A stretch of DNA of 64,000 nt from an uncultured Alphaproteobacteria bacterium (GTDB taxonomy: Bacteria > Pseudomonadota > Alphaproteobacteria > Rhizobiales > Xanthobacteraceae), in assembly GCA_963753355.1 (NCBI GenBank), contig CAVWBV010000005.1, positions 12,735 to 76,734 of the forward strand. The letters are read 5' to 3'. Position 1 is the first letter of the stretch. The number at the start of each line of letters is the position of its first letter. Shown here piece by piece: positions 46,535 to 56,015 of this stretch. Both the position numbers and the translations under genes were made by a program. The notes under the pieces are model-generated. The model was not told the origin of the DNA. It saw only the letters and a program-made list of their open reading frames with translations, and did not search any database.

Positions 46535-48000
46535 TCAGTCTATCGTCGAGTGTCAAACCGGAGAGCCGTCCGCTCAGCGGCGCGGTTACGGCCACCTTAA
46601 TTATTCTAATTCCGGTGGCGCTCGCGCTTATCTGTTTCGCCGCGCGGCTACACCTGATCGATCTCTCGCACATGGTCCGTGCCGAACTTCTGTTCGCGCT
46701 GTTGCTGGCGCTGATGGCGACCGGCATGCCGATCTCGATTGCGCTCGGCCTCTCGGTACTGACCTATCTTTTCATCCTCTCCGACGTCGATCCGAAGATG
46801 GTGGGCTTGAAGCTTTTCACCAGCATCGACCGTTTCGAAATCATGGCGATTCCGTTCTTTATTCTCGCCGGAAATTTTCTGACGGCCGGCGGTGTCGCCC
46901 GCCGCATGATTGATTTTGCCACCTCGCTCATCGGCCATTGGTACGGCGGCCTCGGATTGGCGGGGGTGGTCGCATGTGCGCTCTTTGCCGCCATCTCCGG
47001 TTCTTCCGTCGCCACCGTCGTCGGCATCGGCTCGATCATGCTGCCGGCGCTGCTGCAGAAGGGCTATCCGCCGCGATTCGGCGCCGGTGTGATCGCGACA
47101 TCCGGCGCGCTTGGCATTCTATTTCCGCCGTCGATCAACCTGGTCATTTATGCGGTGGCGACCAGCGGCATGCAGCCGCGCGGCCCCGATGGCGCGGTGG
47201 TCGACTCGGCCTCGGTCGGCCAGCTGTTCGTTGCCGCCGTCGTCCCGGGCCTGCTCCTCGCGGCGATGCTCGGCGCAACGACATGGTACCGCGCCTGGCG
47301 TAACGATTATCCGCGCATGCCGCGAGCCGATTGGCGCGAATGCGGCCGCGCGTTCCGCAAAAGTTTTTGGGGGCTGTTCCTCATCGTGCTCGTTCTCGGC
47401 GGCATTTATTCCGGCTGGTTTACGCCGACCGAAGCTGCCGCTGTGGCGGCAGTTTATGCGTTCGTGATTGCGGTGTTTGTCTACCGAGGACTGAAATTCG
47501 CGGACGTGCCGTCGGTTCTACTCACCGCGGCGTCCATGAGCGCGATGATCCTTTACATCATCACCAATGCCGCCGTGTTCTCCTGGCTTTTGACTTCGGA
47601 GCAGATCCCGCAATCCATGGCGGAATGGATGACCGCGCAGGGGTTCGGCATAGTGGCGTTCCTTCTCGTCACCAATGTCGTTTTGCTCGCCGCCGGCAAT
47701 TTCATGGACCCAGCTGCGATTGTGCTGATCATGGCGCCCATCCTGTTTCCGATGGGCGCGACGCTCGGCGTCAATCCGGTTCACCTCGGCATCCTGATGG
47801 CGGTGAATATGGAGGTCGGCTTGTGTCACCCGCCGGTCGGGCTAAACCTTTACGTCGCTTCAGGCATCACCGGCATGGGCATTGCCGAGCTGACGGTGGC
47901 GGTGCTGCCGTGGCTCGCGACCATGCTGATTTTCCTGGCGATGGTCACCTATATCCCGGCGATTTCACTGTGGCTGCCGCACCTGCTCGGCATGCTGTGA
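46531..48000 (+). CDS. dctM: TRAP transporter large permease; a possible extra N-terminal TM segment (alternative start ATG 46672)
   Basis: Polytopic DctM-like ORF (GMPISIALG..., FFILAGNFL...). 489 aa from the coupled GTG, versus ~440 aa from ATG 46672, which is the usual DctM length. Confidence 0.88.
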   Translation: MISLSSSVKPESRPLSGAVTATLIILIPVALALICFAARLHLIDLSHMVRAELLFALLLALMATGMPISIALGLSVLTYLFILSDVDPKMVGLKLFTSIDRFEIMAIPFFILAGNFLTAGGVARRMIDFATSLIGHWYGGLGLAGVVACALFAAISGSSVATVVGIGSIMLPALLQKGYPPRFGAGVIATSGALGILFPPSINLVIYAVATSGMQPRGPDGAVVDSASVGQLFVAAVVPGLLLAAMLGATTWYRAWRNDYPRMPRADWRECGRAFRKSFWGLFLIVLVLGGIYSGWFTPTEAAAVAAVYAFVIAVFVYRGLKFADVPSVLLTAASMSAMILYIITNAAVFSWLLTSEQIPQSMAEWMTAQGFGIVAFLLVTNVVLLAAGNFMDPAAIVLIMAPILFPMGATLGVNPVHLGILMAVNMEVGLCHPPVGLNLYVASGITGMGIAELTVAVLPWLATMLIFLAMVTYIPAISLWLPHLLGML

Positions 48001-48015
48001 GCGACCGGCGATCGC

Positions 48016-48540
48016 CTATGGCTCCTTCCCATCCATCAGCACGAAGGCGATGCGGCAAGGTTTTGTGCCGCGGTTGATCCAGGCATGATTGGTCGCCTGC
48101 TGCACAACGACATCGCCGGCTTCCAGATGGACGGTCTCGTCATCGAGCAACATGTCGATTTCGCCGGAAATAATGATAGCGTAGTCCACGCTGCGCGTGC
48201 GGTGCACGAGCGGATGTTTCGGCGGCAGCCCTCGAGCCGGCGTTTTGTCTCCGATCACACTGGTCATGTGGGTGTGATCGATTTTCGCGATCTCGGCGTC
48301 GGTGGTGGGCAGAAACTCGACCACGCGGAATATGCTGCCGTTGTCGGGCGGCGGGATGCCGATTGGCTTGGCGGTGTCGGCCGAAGAATAACCCGCTGGG
48401 TTGGAATCCGTGATCCACAAAACCGCGGCCGGATTGGCGCTTCTCCCGGGCTTGAGCGCGAGTGTGCTGTCGAGCACTGCGACGGCCCTATCTCCAGCAT
48501 CCAGTCCTGTGACGACGCGGCGTATCTGGCTCATTGGCAT
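48016..48540 (-). CDS. cupin domain protein, distal gene of the nitrile hydratase operon
   Basis: 174-aa ORF with cupin strands (DYAIIISGEIDMLLDDETVHLEAGDVVVQQATNHAWINRG). It starts 4 nt after the accessory-protein stop. Confidence 0.75.
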   Translation of the reverse strand: MPMSQIRRVVTGLDAGDRAVAVLDSTLALKPGRSANPAAVLWITDSNPAGYSSADTAKPIGIPPPDNGSIFRVVEFLPTTDAEIAKIDHTHMTSVIGDKTPARGLPPKHPLVHRTRSVDYAIIISGEIDMLLDDETVHLEAGDVVVQQATNHAWINRGTKPCRIAFVLMDGKEP

Positions 48541-48544
48541 TTCC

Positions 48545-48913
48545 TCATTTGGAATAATCGTCGGGGTTTAATTCAATGGGCGTGCCGTGCGGCGTGCGCT
48601 CGTAAGCGTGCCGCCAGGCCTGTTGTGTGCGTTCGAGTGTTCGGCGATCGGCTAATCCTTTGGCGGCGACGAGCCGTTCGAGCGCGGCCAGCCAGTGGTG
48701 GTAGTAGGTTTCGCCGGTGTCGGGGTCGCCTTCGGTTTGCGCCCGCTTTATCTCATCGCCCAACGCGGCGGCCCATTCTGTTGCGGAAAACACGCCGCGT
48801 TCTCGCAGCGTGACCGCAAGCGCAAAAGCTTGCGCTTCCCACGGTTCGCGAAACACCGGTTCGCCAACATCGCGCGAACTCTCGCGCTGCTCGTGAACGC
48901 GCCGGAAATTCAC
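48545..48913 (-). CDS. nitrile hydratase accessory (activator) protein
   Basis: EPVFREPWEAQAFALAV...EWAAALG...HHWLAALERL resembles the beta-subunit-like NHase accessory family. GTG 48913 overlaps the nthB stop (GTGA). Confidence 0.75.
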   Translation of the reverse strand: MNFRRVHEQRESSRDVGEPVFREPWEAQAFALAVTLRERGVFSATEWAAALGDEIKRAQTEGDPDTGETYYHHWLAALERLVAAKGLADRRTLERTQQAWRHAYERTPHGTPIELNPDDYSK

Positions 48914-49569
48914 GACGCGGGGTCCAGGTACGGCTCGAATGCTTCGATAGACACCTTCAGCGTCGGATCGCTTGCCTCGCCCCACAATTCCCGTCCCTCG
49001 AACAACACCGTGTAGAGCCATTGCGGATTTTCGCCGGCCCTTACGGCCGTGGAATCCGGAAAGACGTAGCAACCGCGCACGGCCTCGATCACGCCGACGT
49101 GGCCGCGCGCATAGCGCGGCAGCCGCGTGTGTGTTGGCGGATGGATATTCTTGGCGCGCACTCGGTCGCCGACCATGAAGCGCGCTTCAGATTGTGGCGT
49201 GCGCCCGAACGATCCGCGCGCAAGCGTACGTGGAACATCCGTCACTTCCAGTTTGCGGCCCAACGGAATGCCCGATCGCGCGGCGTGGCCAGTTGCGATT
49301 TCGTCGGCGCCGGCAAGGCCGCGGGCGACGACCATGTTCTCCAAACGGAGCGCCCATTTTCCGTAGTACGAGCTTGCCAGGTAGACATCGGGCGGTAGCG
49401 CCTCGATACCGGCCCGACCCTCGTCAATGCTCCAGGCGCCGATCGCTCCCATGGCCCGGTTCAGCGCCAGGCAACGCCCTTCCCAGGGGGCGTGGAAAAC
49501 CGGCTCGTCCTGCTCAGGCTCGACTTTGCCGAAGCCGTGCATGCCGCCCATGTCGTGGATGCCATCCAT
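48910..49569 (-). CDS. nthB: nitrile hydratase beta subunit
   Basis: N-terminus [32 protein letters not shown] is the canonical NHase-beta start. The ATG overlaps the nthA stop (TGATG, 49571-49567). Confidence 0.9.
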   Translation of the reverse strand: MDGIHDMGGMHGFGKVEPEQDEPVFHAPWEGRCLALNRAMGAIGAWSIDEGRAGIEALPPDVYLASSYYGKWALRLENMVVARGLAGADEIATGHAARSGIPLGRKLEVTDVPRTLARGSFGRTPQSEARFMVGDRVRAKNIHPPTHTRLPRYARGHVGVIEAVRGCYVFPDSTAVRAGENPQWLYTVLFEGRELWGEASDPTLKVSIEAFEPYLDPAS

Positions 49570-50201
49570 CAGAACGCTTCCGCCGCAGACTTCGGCAGTC
49601 CGGTGCCGATCATGCAATCGCGTGTAACAAGCGCCGTGAGCTTTTCCTCGCTCCATCCGTCGGTGCCGGAGGGCCGCATCGGCAAGACAATGAACCGGGT
49701 TTCCGCCGTTGAATCCCAGACCCTGATCTGCACGTCGCGTGGCAGCGAAACGCCGAAATCGGCAAGGACGCCGCGCGGGTCGGTTACCGCTCGTGAACGA
49801 TACGGAGCAGATTTGTACCAGACCGGCGGAAGCCCGAGGATTTCCCACGGGTAGCAGGAGCACAGCGTGCACACGATCATATTGTGCAGGGCGGGTGTGT
49901 TCTCCACGGCGATGAGGTGATCGCCGACGCGGCTGATGAGTCCGAGCGATTGCACCGCCTGTGTCGCGTCGGCGAGCAGCGCTCTCCTGAATGCCGGATC
50001 GGTCCAGGCCTTGGCGACAACGGCTGCCCCGGTATGCGGACCGATTTTGGTTTCGTAGGCCTCGATCATCACGTCGAGAGCGGCGGGATCGATGTAGCCT
50101 TTCTCGGTGAGCACCGTCTCCAGCGCCCGGACGCGAAGCTGCATCTCGGACACTTCCGAGGCATGCCCTGAATGTTCGGATACGTTGTGATCGTCCGCCA
50201 T
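49569..50201 (-). CDS. nthA: nitrile hydratase alpha subunit, cobalt type
   Basis: Metal-binding claw [10 protein letters not shown]. Thr in C-T-L-C-S-C marks Co-type enzymes and Ser marks Fe-type. 210 aa. Confidence 0.92.
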   Translation of the reverse strand: MADDHNVSEHSGHASEVSEMQLRVRALETVLTEKGYIDPAALDVMIEAYETKIGPHTGAAVVAKAWTDPAFRRALLADATQAVQSLGLISRVGDHLIAVENTPALHNMIVCTLCSCYPWEILGLPPVWYKSAPYRSRAVTDPRGVLADFGVSLPRDVQIRVWDSTAETRFIVLPMRPSGTDGWSEEKLTALVTRDCMIGTGLPKSAAEAF

Positions 50202-50271
50202 AAGGCGCAGCTCCGTCCCCGCATTGAGGAACGGTTAAATATAGCGCGTCGGCGAGGAGTGCTAAAGCGGG

Positions 50272-50466
50272 CTATTGGCCGCTGGCGGCGATGCCGTAGC
50301 CGGAGTTCATGGGCCGGCCGTTCGAAGTCGCATTGTGAAGGGCGATGAGGGTGAGAACGCTAACGGCGGCGTACAGGACAGCCCCTACCGTAAAGCTTAG
50401 GGCAAAAGGACGTTGCATCGGAGTCGTCCGGGTTTTCTTGGTTCGAGTTGGCAAGGTTTGAAACAC
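50272..50466 (-). CDS. possible small single-TM protein upstream of nthA (48-64 aa)
   Basis: The ORF has one hydrophobic helix (FALSFTVGAVLYAAVSVLTLIAL). The SD is weak and there is no domain, so it could be spurious. Confidence 0.3.
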   Translation of the reverse strand: MFQTLPTRTKKTRTTPMQRPFALSFTVGAVLYAAVSVLTLIALHNATSNGRPMNSGYGIAASGQ

Positions 50467-50530
50467 GGCGGCGGATCAAAGGTTCCGGCTTTTGATGTGC
50501 GCGCAAGATTGCCGCCAAGAAATGAACGTT

Positions 50531-50842
50531 TTATTTCTTTTCCAGCATCAGCGTTCCTTCGCGGCGAATGAGAGGTTGCAGGGTTTCGGCAAGTTTTGCC
50601 AAAAGCCAAGGCATGAAGATTTCCAGTCGCACACTATCCTCGGCCACGTCGATCGTGCCGCTGACCGCCTGTCCAAGGGCGCTGATGCGAAATTGCAGCC
50701 GAGCTTGGTCCCAGGTCTCCTCGGAAACCGAAAATAGCTGCGAGTATTTGGTCCGTATCTCGGCGAGGCCGGTCTTGAGCCGGCGGATTGCCTCGTCCTT
50801 GCCGAGACGATGCGGAATGGACACAACCAACGGCTTTGACAT
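50531..50842 (-). CDS. polyhydroxyalkanoic-acid-system family protein (~103 aa)
   Basis: MSKPLVVSIPHRLGKDEAIRRLKTGL...GTIDVAEDSVRLEIFMPWLL matches the small PHA-system protein family pattern. AGGAG lies 5 nt before ATG 50842. The upstream part of the 288-aa ORF-track entry is antisense junk. Confidence 0.7.
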   Translation of the reverse strand: MSKPLVVSIPHRLGKDEAIRRLKTGLAEIRTKYSQLFSVSEETWDQARLQFRISALGQAVSGTIDVAEDSVRLEIFMPWLLAKLAETLQPLIRREGTLMLEKK

Positions 50843-50921
50843 AAAGGCTCCTACCCGCCGCGCCCTATATGGGAAGCGACGCGCGCCGATCAAACGCTGA
50901 GCGTTCCACAGGGAGAGGGGC

Positions 50922-51698
50922 ATGTCCGCAACACAGATTTTCGACCTCACTGGCCAGGTGGCGTTGGTCACCGGAGCTTCCAGCGGACTGGGCGAGCGCT
51001 TTGCTGAAGTTTTGGCCGCGAATGGCGCGGACGTCGTGCTGGTGGCGCGCCGCGCCGAGCGCTTGGCCGCGGTGACCGAGCGCATCGCAAAATCGGGCCG
51101 ACGCGCGATCTCGGTAGCCGCGGACGTGCGCGACACGGCCGCTATGCAGCAGGCCTTCGACGCTGCGGAAAAAGGAATCGGAACCGTGACCATTCTCGTC
51201 AACAACGCCGGCATCGTGCATTCAGCGCGCGCCGTCGAGCTGAAGGAGGAGGACTGGCGGCGCGTCCTGGCGACCAATCTCGACGCGGTATTTTTTTGGG
51301 CGCAGGAAGCCGCGCGCCGCATGCTCGCGGCTGGCAAGAAAGGCTCTATCGTCAATATCGCCTCGGTGCTCGGCCTTTCGCCGGACAAAGGCGTCATTGC
51401 TTACGCCGCCGCCAAGGCCGGCGTCATTCAAATGACCAAGGCGCTTGCGCTCGAGCTTGCTTTCAAGGGAATTCGCGTCAACGCCATCGCACCGGGCTGG
51501 ATCACGACTGAAATCAATCGCGACTATTTGGCGGGCGAACGCGGCTCGGCCATGAAGCGACAAATCCCGATGGGCCGTTTCGGCGAAGTCGAAGATTTGG
51601 ACGGTCCGCTGTTATTGCTCGCTTCTGACGCCGGGCGCTACATGACCGGCGCGACACTGGTCGCCGACGGCGGCCAGCTCGCCGCGTTGCACGTCTGA
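50922..51698 (+). CDS. SDR-family oxidoreductase
   Basis: TGASSGLG cofactor motif, NNAG, and the catalytic YAAAKAG (YxxxK). Confidence 0.88.
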   Translation: MSATQIFDLTGQVALVTGASSGLGERFAEVLAANGADVVLVARRAERLAAVTERIAKSGRRAISVAADVRDTAAMQQAFDAAEKGIGTVTILVNNAGIVHSARAVELKEEDWRRVLATNLDAVFFWAQEAARRMLAAGKKGSIVNIASVLGLSPDKGVIAYAAAKAGVIQMTKALALELAFKGIRVNAIAPGWITTEINRDYLAGERGSAMKRQIPMGRFGEVEDLDGPLLLLASDAGRYMTGATLVADGGQLAALHV

Positions 51699-51710
51699 GA
51701 CACTCGACGG

Positions 51711-52181
51711 TTAGCCGTCAGCGGCGCCAGCGTGCGCGAGGCTTGCCGCTGCCGGAGCACCGCTGCGGGCGTACCAGCGATCGTGCGCAAGCGTCCCCAC
51801 GGCCATGGCCGCGACGAAGACCACAATGCCAGGCGACAGCGAGACCAAATTTTCAATCGCCGGTCCGGGGCACAGGCCGACCAACCCCCAGCCGATGCCG
51901 AACAATGCCGCGCCGGCAACCAGCGGACGATCAATTCGCGCTTGCACCGGCCACTGGTTTTGCTTTTCGAAAGCTGGAACGCGCCGGCGCGCGAGCGCGT
52001 AGCCCGCGCCGGTCACGACCAGCGCGGCTGCCATCACAATCGCCAAACTCGGATCCCAGTTGCCGCTCGGGATGGCAAGGATATCGAGAAAACCCAAAAC
52101 CTTTTCCGGACGGATCATTCCCGAAATGAATAATCCCCAGCCGAAGACGTAACCACACAGCAGACTTGCGAGTGCGCGCAC
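51711..52181 (-). CDS. YeeE/YedE-family half-transporter (sulfur-compound transport component)
   Basis: LLCGYVFGWGLFISGMIRPEKVLGFLD pattern. GTG 52181 lies 4 nt after the upstream stop, which avoids the 50-nt overlap implied by the ORF track. Confidence 0.75.
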   Translation of the reverse strand: MRALASLLCGYVFGWGLFISGMIRPEKVLGFLDILAIPSGNWDPSLAIVMAAALVVTGAGYALARRRVPAFEKQNQWPVQARIDRPLVAGAALFGIGWGLVGLCPGPAIENLVSLSPGIVVFVAAMAVGTLAHDRWYARSGAPAAASLAHAGAADG

Positions 52182-52185
52182 GGCC

Positions 52186-52611
52186 TCAGCCTCCAATCCC
52201 GTGCCGTGTGATTGCGACCACGACAATCGCGGCAAACATGAAGATGCCCGTGGCGACGAGCGAGCGCGGCGATAGCCGCGCGATACCGCAAATGCCGTGA
52301 CCGGAGGTGCACCCGTTGCTCAACCGCGTGCCGAAGCCGACCAGCAGACCGGCGACGGCAATGACGACAAAGCTCACCGGCAACTGCGGAACAGGAATAG
52401 CGTGGCCCAACAGCGCGGCCGTCAACGGCGCCGCAAGCAACCCGGCCACAAACGTAGCTCGCCAGGCGCGGTCGGTTGAAAGCGGGTCGATCAGGCCTGC
52501 GAACACTCCGGTGATGCCGGCGATCCGGCCATTAAGCAGCATCAATAGCACTGCGGAGAGGCCGATCAGGCCGCCGCCGATGGCCGCTGAGATTGGAGTA
52601 AAGTTGCTCAT
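52186..52611 (-). CDS. YeeE/YedE-family half-transporter
   Basis: 4-TM ORF with the conserved GCTSGHGICG motif. Confidence 0.8.
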   Translation of the reverse strand: MSNFTPISAAIGGGLIGLSAVLLMLLNGRIAGITGVFAGLIDPLSTDRAWRATFVAGLLAAPLTAALLGHAIPVPQLPVSFVVIAVAGLLVGFGTRLSNGCTSGHGICGIARLSPRSLVATGIFMFAAIVVVAITRHGIGG

Positions 52612-52827
52612 CTATTGGCTCACTGGGACTTGTCGTCGTTTTCCGCGATCACGAGATGCGCTAGAAAGTAAGCGGGCTGGGCGTGTGACGCAACAAATGA
52701 GGACCCGCGCGACGGCCGCAGCACCACCGACGCATCTTTCGCGATTTGCCGCTACGGATATGCTGCCATTTGCCGACGAGTTGGAATATTCTTCCTGGAA
52801 AGAAACGCGGGCAGGGAGGTGTTGTGC

Positions 52828-54015
52828 GTGAATGATCAAGGGCGCGGCGTGGAGCACGGCGCGGGAACGCACGATGCAGTGCTGGGACGGGTTCGCCAAC
52901 TCACCGGCCGTATTCGTGACGCTGCCGGCGCCGCCGAAGAAGCGCGGACGATCCCGCGGGAAATGGTCGATGCGTTCTTGGGCGCCGGCATCAGCCGCAT
53001 TCTGATCCCGCCGCGTTTCGGCGGATACGGGCTCGGCCTCGACACCTGGTTTGCAGTCGTGCGCGAGATTGGCAAAGCCGACGCGTCGCACGCCTGGTGC
53101 GCCAGCCTCATGATCCACCATCCGCATTACGTCAGTCAGTTTTCCGAGGAAGCGCAGAAGGCGGTGTGGGCCGACGGCCTCGACCAATCGATCGCCGCCT
53201 CGATCCAGCCTCTCGGAAAGATCGAGCCCGCCGAAAGCGGATACCGAGTCTCCGGTCAATTTCCGTTTGCCAGCGGCGTCAACCACAGCCGCTGGCTCAT
53301 TGTCGGCGCACTGTTAGGCACCGAAGGGCGTCCCGACGCTGCATTCTTTCTGGTTCGGCCGGGCGAATACAAAGTGGCCGAGTCCTGGTTCACGTCCGCA
53401 ATGCGCGCAACCGGAAGCAACACCGCGATCTGTGAAGATGTATTCGTACCGGAAAGCTTTGCCGTTCGGCTGTCGGATTTGCGCGAGGGAAAAGGGCCCG
53501 GCGGTGCGCTGCACGGCCACCCGATTTATCGCGCGCCGTTCATTGCCTATGCGCCGTTGACTTTCGTCACCCCGATGCTCGGCGCCGCGCAGGGCGCCTA
53601 CGAGTTGTTTCGCGATTGGACGAAGGGGCGTCGCGCGTCGCGTGGCGGCGCGGTTGCTGAAATCGTCAGCGTTCAGGTGCGATTGGCACGCGTCGCTGCC
53701 GACCTCGATGCCGCCGAGTTGTTGTTGCGCCGGGCAGTCGACGTCGCCCAGGCACCGAAGCCGCCGTCGTTGGCAATCCGCGCACGCTCCATGCGCGACT
53801 TTTCGCGCGCGGCGGAGCTTTGCGTCTCTGCCATCGATGAACTCCTCGCCATGAGCGGGACTGCCGGCTTTGGCTCATCCCATCCCATCCAGCGCGCCTG
53901 GCGCGACATCCACTTCGCCGCCATGCACGTGGCACTGAATGCCGAGCAGAATTTTTCGCACTTCGGCCGGCTCGAACTTGACCTGCCGCGCGAACCTCAC
54001 CTGCCGTTTTTTTAA
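52828..54015 (+). CDS. acyl-CoA dehydrogenase-fold flavin-dependent monooxygenase (DszC/SfnB/HsaA-like)
   Basis: ACAD-like three-domain length, PPRFGGYGLGLDTWFAVVREIGKADASHAW, and a C-terminal helical domain without the ACAD catalytic Glu pattern. GTG 52828 lies 8 nt after GGAGG. Confidence 0.7.
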   Translation: MNDQGRGVEHGAGTHDAVLGRVRQLTGRIRDAAGAAEEARTIPREMVDAFLGAGISRILIPPRFGGYGLGLDTWFAVVREIGKADASHAWCASLMIHHPHYVSQFSEEAQKAVWADGLDQSIAASIQPLGKIEPAESGYRVSGQFPFASGVNHSRWLIVGALLGTEGRPDAAFFLVRPGEYKVAESWFTSAMRATGSNTAICEDVFVPESFAVRLSDLREGKGPGGALHGHPIYRAPFIAYAPLTFVTPMLGAAQGAYELFRDWTKGRRASRGGAVAEIVSVQVRLARVAADLDAAELLLRRAVDVAQAPKPPSLAIRARSMRDFSRAAELCVSAIDELLAMSGTAGFGSSHPIQRAWRDIHFAAMHVALNAEQNFSHFGRLELDLPREPHLPFF

Positions 54016-54042
54016 TTCAACAAATGCAATGGAAGGCGTCAC

Positions 54043-54672
54043 ATGAAATTCTTTGATTGCGCTACTGCCCCCAGCCCGCGACGGGTCCGCATTTTTCTGG
54101 CGGAGAAGGGGATTACCGTGCCGACCGTGCAGGTCGACCTGCGCAACAACGAACAACTCACGCCGGCCTTCAAGGCGATCAATCCTGACGCGACGGTGCC
54201 GGCGCTTGAGCTCGACGACGGCACCCGCATCAACGACGCCATCGGCATCTGCGTGTATTTCGAGGCGATCCAGCCGCGGCCGGCGCTGATGGGCGAGAGC
54301 CCGGAGGAAAAAGCGCTGATTGCCGCCTGGCAGCGGGAGGTGGAGCGGAACGGTTTCTATGCGGTGATGGAAGCGTTCCGTAATAAAGTGCCCGGTCTCA
54401 AGGGCCGTGCGCTGCCCGGCCCGCATGATTACGAGCAAATCCCGGCGCTGGCCGACCGGGGGCGGCTTCGCGTTTCGCACTTTTACGAGCAAATGAACTC
54501 GCGTCTGGCAGACAACGAATTCGTCGCCGGCCCGCGCTATTCGGTGGCCGACATCACCGCTCTCGTCACCGTTGATTTTGCCGTAAGAGCAAAACTGCCA
54601 ATTCCAGAGGCACACGCGCGCTTGCGCCGCTGGCACACGCAGGTTTCCGCCCGGCCGAGCGCAAAAGCTTAG
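54043..54672 (+). CDS. glutathione S-transferase
   Basis: SPRRVRIFLAEKGI...INPDATVPALELDDGT...ICVYFE N-terminal thioredoxin-like domain, plus a helical C-terminal domain. Confidence 0.85.
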   Translation: MKFFDCATAPSPRRVRIFLAEKGITVPTVQVDLRNNEQLTPAFKAINPDATVPALELDDGTRINDAIGICVYFEAIQPRPALMGESPEEKALIAAWQREVERNGFYAVMEAFRNKVPGLKGRALPGPHDYEQIPALADRGRLRVSHFYEQMNSRLADNEFVAGPRYSVADITALVTVDFAVRAKLPIPEAHARLRRWHTQVSARPSAKA

Positions 54673-54684
54673 ATCCCAAACGCC

Positions 54685-55842
54685 GTGAGTGATATCCGCC
54701 GAGTGCTCGACTGGCTTGCGGGGGGCGCCTTGTCCGGCGAGCAATCTCAGGACGTGCTGGCGGAACTGTGTGAACGCATGCTCGCTTGCGGCATCCCGCT
54801 GTGGCGCGCGGCGGTCTTTGTCACAACGCTCCATCCCGACGTCATGGGCCGAAGATTTTTATGGCAGGCGGAATCCGGGGTGACGACATCCGAAGCGCTG
54901 CATGACCTCAAGCAGACGGACGAATTTGTGCGGAGCCCTTTCAACACAGTGTACGCGACTCGCGCGCCGCTGCGGCAGCGTCTTGGCGACAATGATGATG
55001 CGATTGAGTTCAAGGTGCTGCGCGATTTGCGCGACCAGGGCGGAAGCGATTACGCGGCATTCCCGCTGTTGTTTACCGATGGCTCAATTCACGTCGCGAC
55101 CTTCGCAACGCGAGAACCCGGCGGGTTTAGCGCCGCGCAATTTTCCGACATTGAGTCGGTGATCTCCCCTTTGGCGCGCGTTGCGGAAATTCGCGCGCTC
55201 CGCCGCACGGCCGGTAACCTCATCGATACGTACGTCGGACATCAAACCGGCGAACAAATCCTTTCCGGGAAAATACGCCGCGGCTATGTCGAGGCGATCC
55301 GCGCGGCGGTTTGGCTTTCCGACATGCGCGGATTTACCTCGCTGTCCGAGCGGTCACCGCCGCAGACAGTCATTGAGCGTTTGAATGTCTACTTCGGCTG
55401 TCAGGTTCCGGCGATTCTTGAGCACGGTGGTGAAGTGCTCAAATTCATGGGCGATGGATTGCTGGCCATTTTCCCGATCGAGAGCGGACAGGACGCCGGG
55501 GCCGTGTGCCATCGCGCACTCGACTGCGCGCGAGATTTTCGCACCCGCATCGCCGCGCTGCCGCGCGCCGGCGACACCGATGCCCTTCGCTTTGGCCTTG
55601 CCTTGCACGTCGGCGAGGTGATGTACGGCAATATCGGCGGCGGCAACCGGCTCGACTTTACCTGCATCGGCCCGGCGGTGAATCTGGCGGCGCGGCTGGA
55701 GAAAGTCGCTGCCAAGCTCGGGGAAGCGGTTGTTGCCTCGGCGGAATTTGCCGGTCACTGCCCAAAGAACTTTCGCCCGCTGGGCGAGCACGCCGTGGCA
55801 GGCTTTACCGCGCCGCAACTTGTTTTCGGTATCGCAGATTGA
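54685..55842 (+). CDS. class III adenylate/guanylate cyclase with an uncharacterised N-terminal sensor region
   Basis: Cyclase core AVWLSDMRGFTSL...KFMGDGLLAIFP...LHVGEVMYGNIG...GPAVNLAARLE. Confidence 0.85.
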   Translation: MSDIRRVLDWLAGGALSGEQSQDVLAELCERMLACGIPLWRAAVFVTTLHPDVMGRRFLWQAESGVTTSEALHDLKQTDEFVRSPFNTVYATRAPLRQRLGDNDDAIEFKVLRDLRDQGGSDYAAFPLLFTDGSIHVATFATREPGGFSAAQFSDIESVISPLARVAEIRALRRTAGNLIDTYVGHQTGEQILSGKIRRGYVEAIRAAVWLSDMRGFTSLSERSPPQTVIERLNVYFGCQVPAILEHGGEVLKFMGDGLLAIFPIESGQDAGAVCHRALDCARDFRTRIAALPRAGDTDALRFGLALHVGEVMYGNIGGGNRLDFTCIGPAVNLAARLEKVAAKLGEAVVASAEFAGHCPKNFRPLGEHAVAGFTAPQLVFGIAD

Positions 55843-56015
55843 CACTAGTGTCCCGATTCGGAAGTTCGCATGACTAGGGGACTTCTGAGCTGCCACACTA
55901 ACATCGCGCCCCGCGCCAGCATTGGTGGCGGTATCGCTCAACCCTATATGTGGCTGAGCGCCCGACCTCTGGCAGAATCGGTGTTGCCGGGGCACACTGG
56001 GGCTGGAGTTCCTCG

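Noticed and set aside
50843-51397. Upstream two-thirds of the 288-aa minus-strand ORF 50531-51397
   Set aside because: This part is antisense to the SDR gene and is Ser/Ala/Arg-rich nonsense. Only the last 103 codons, which have their own AGGAG+ATG at 50842, look like a real PHA-system-family protein.
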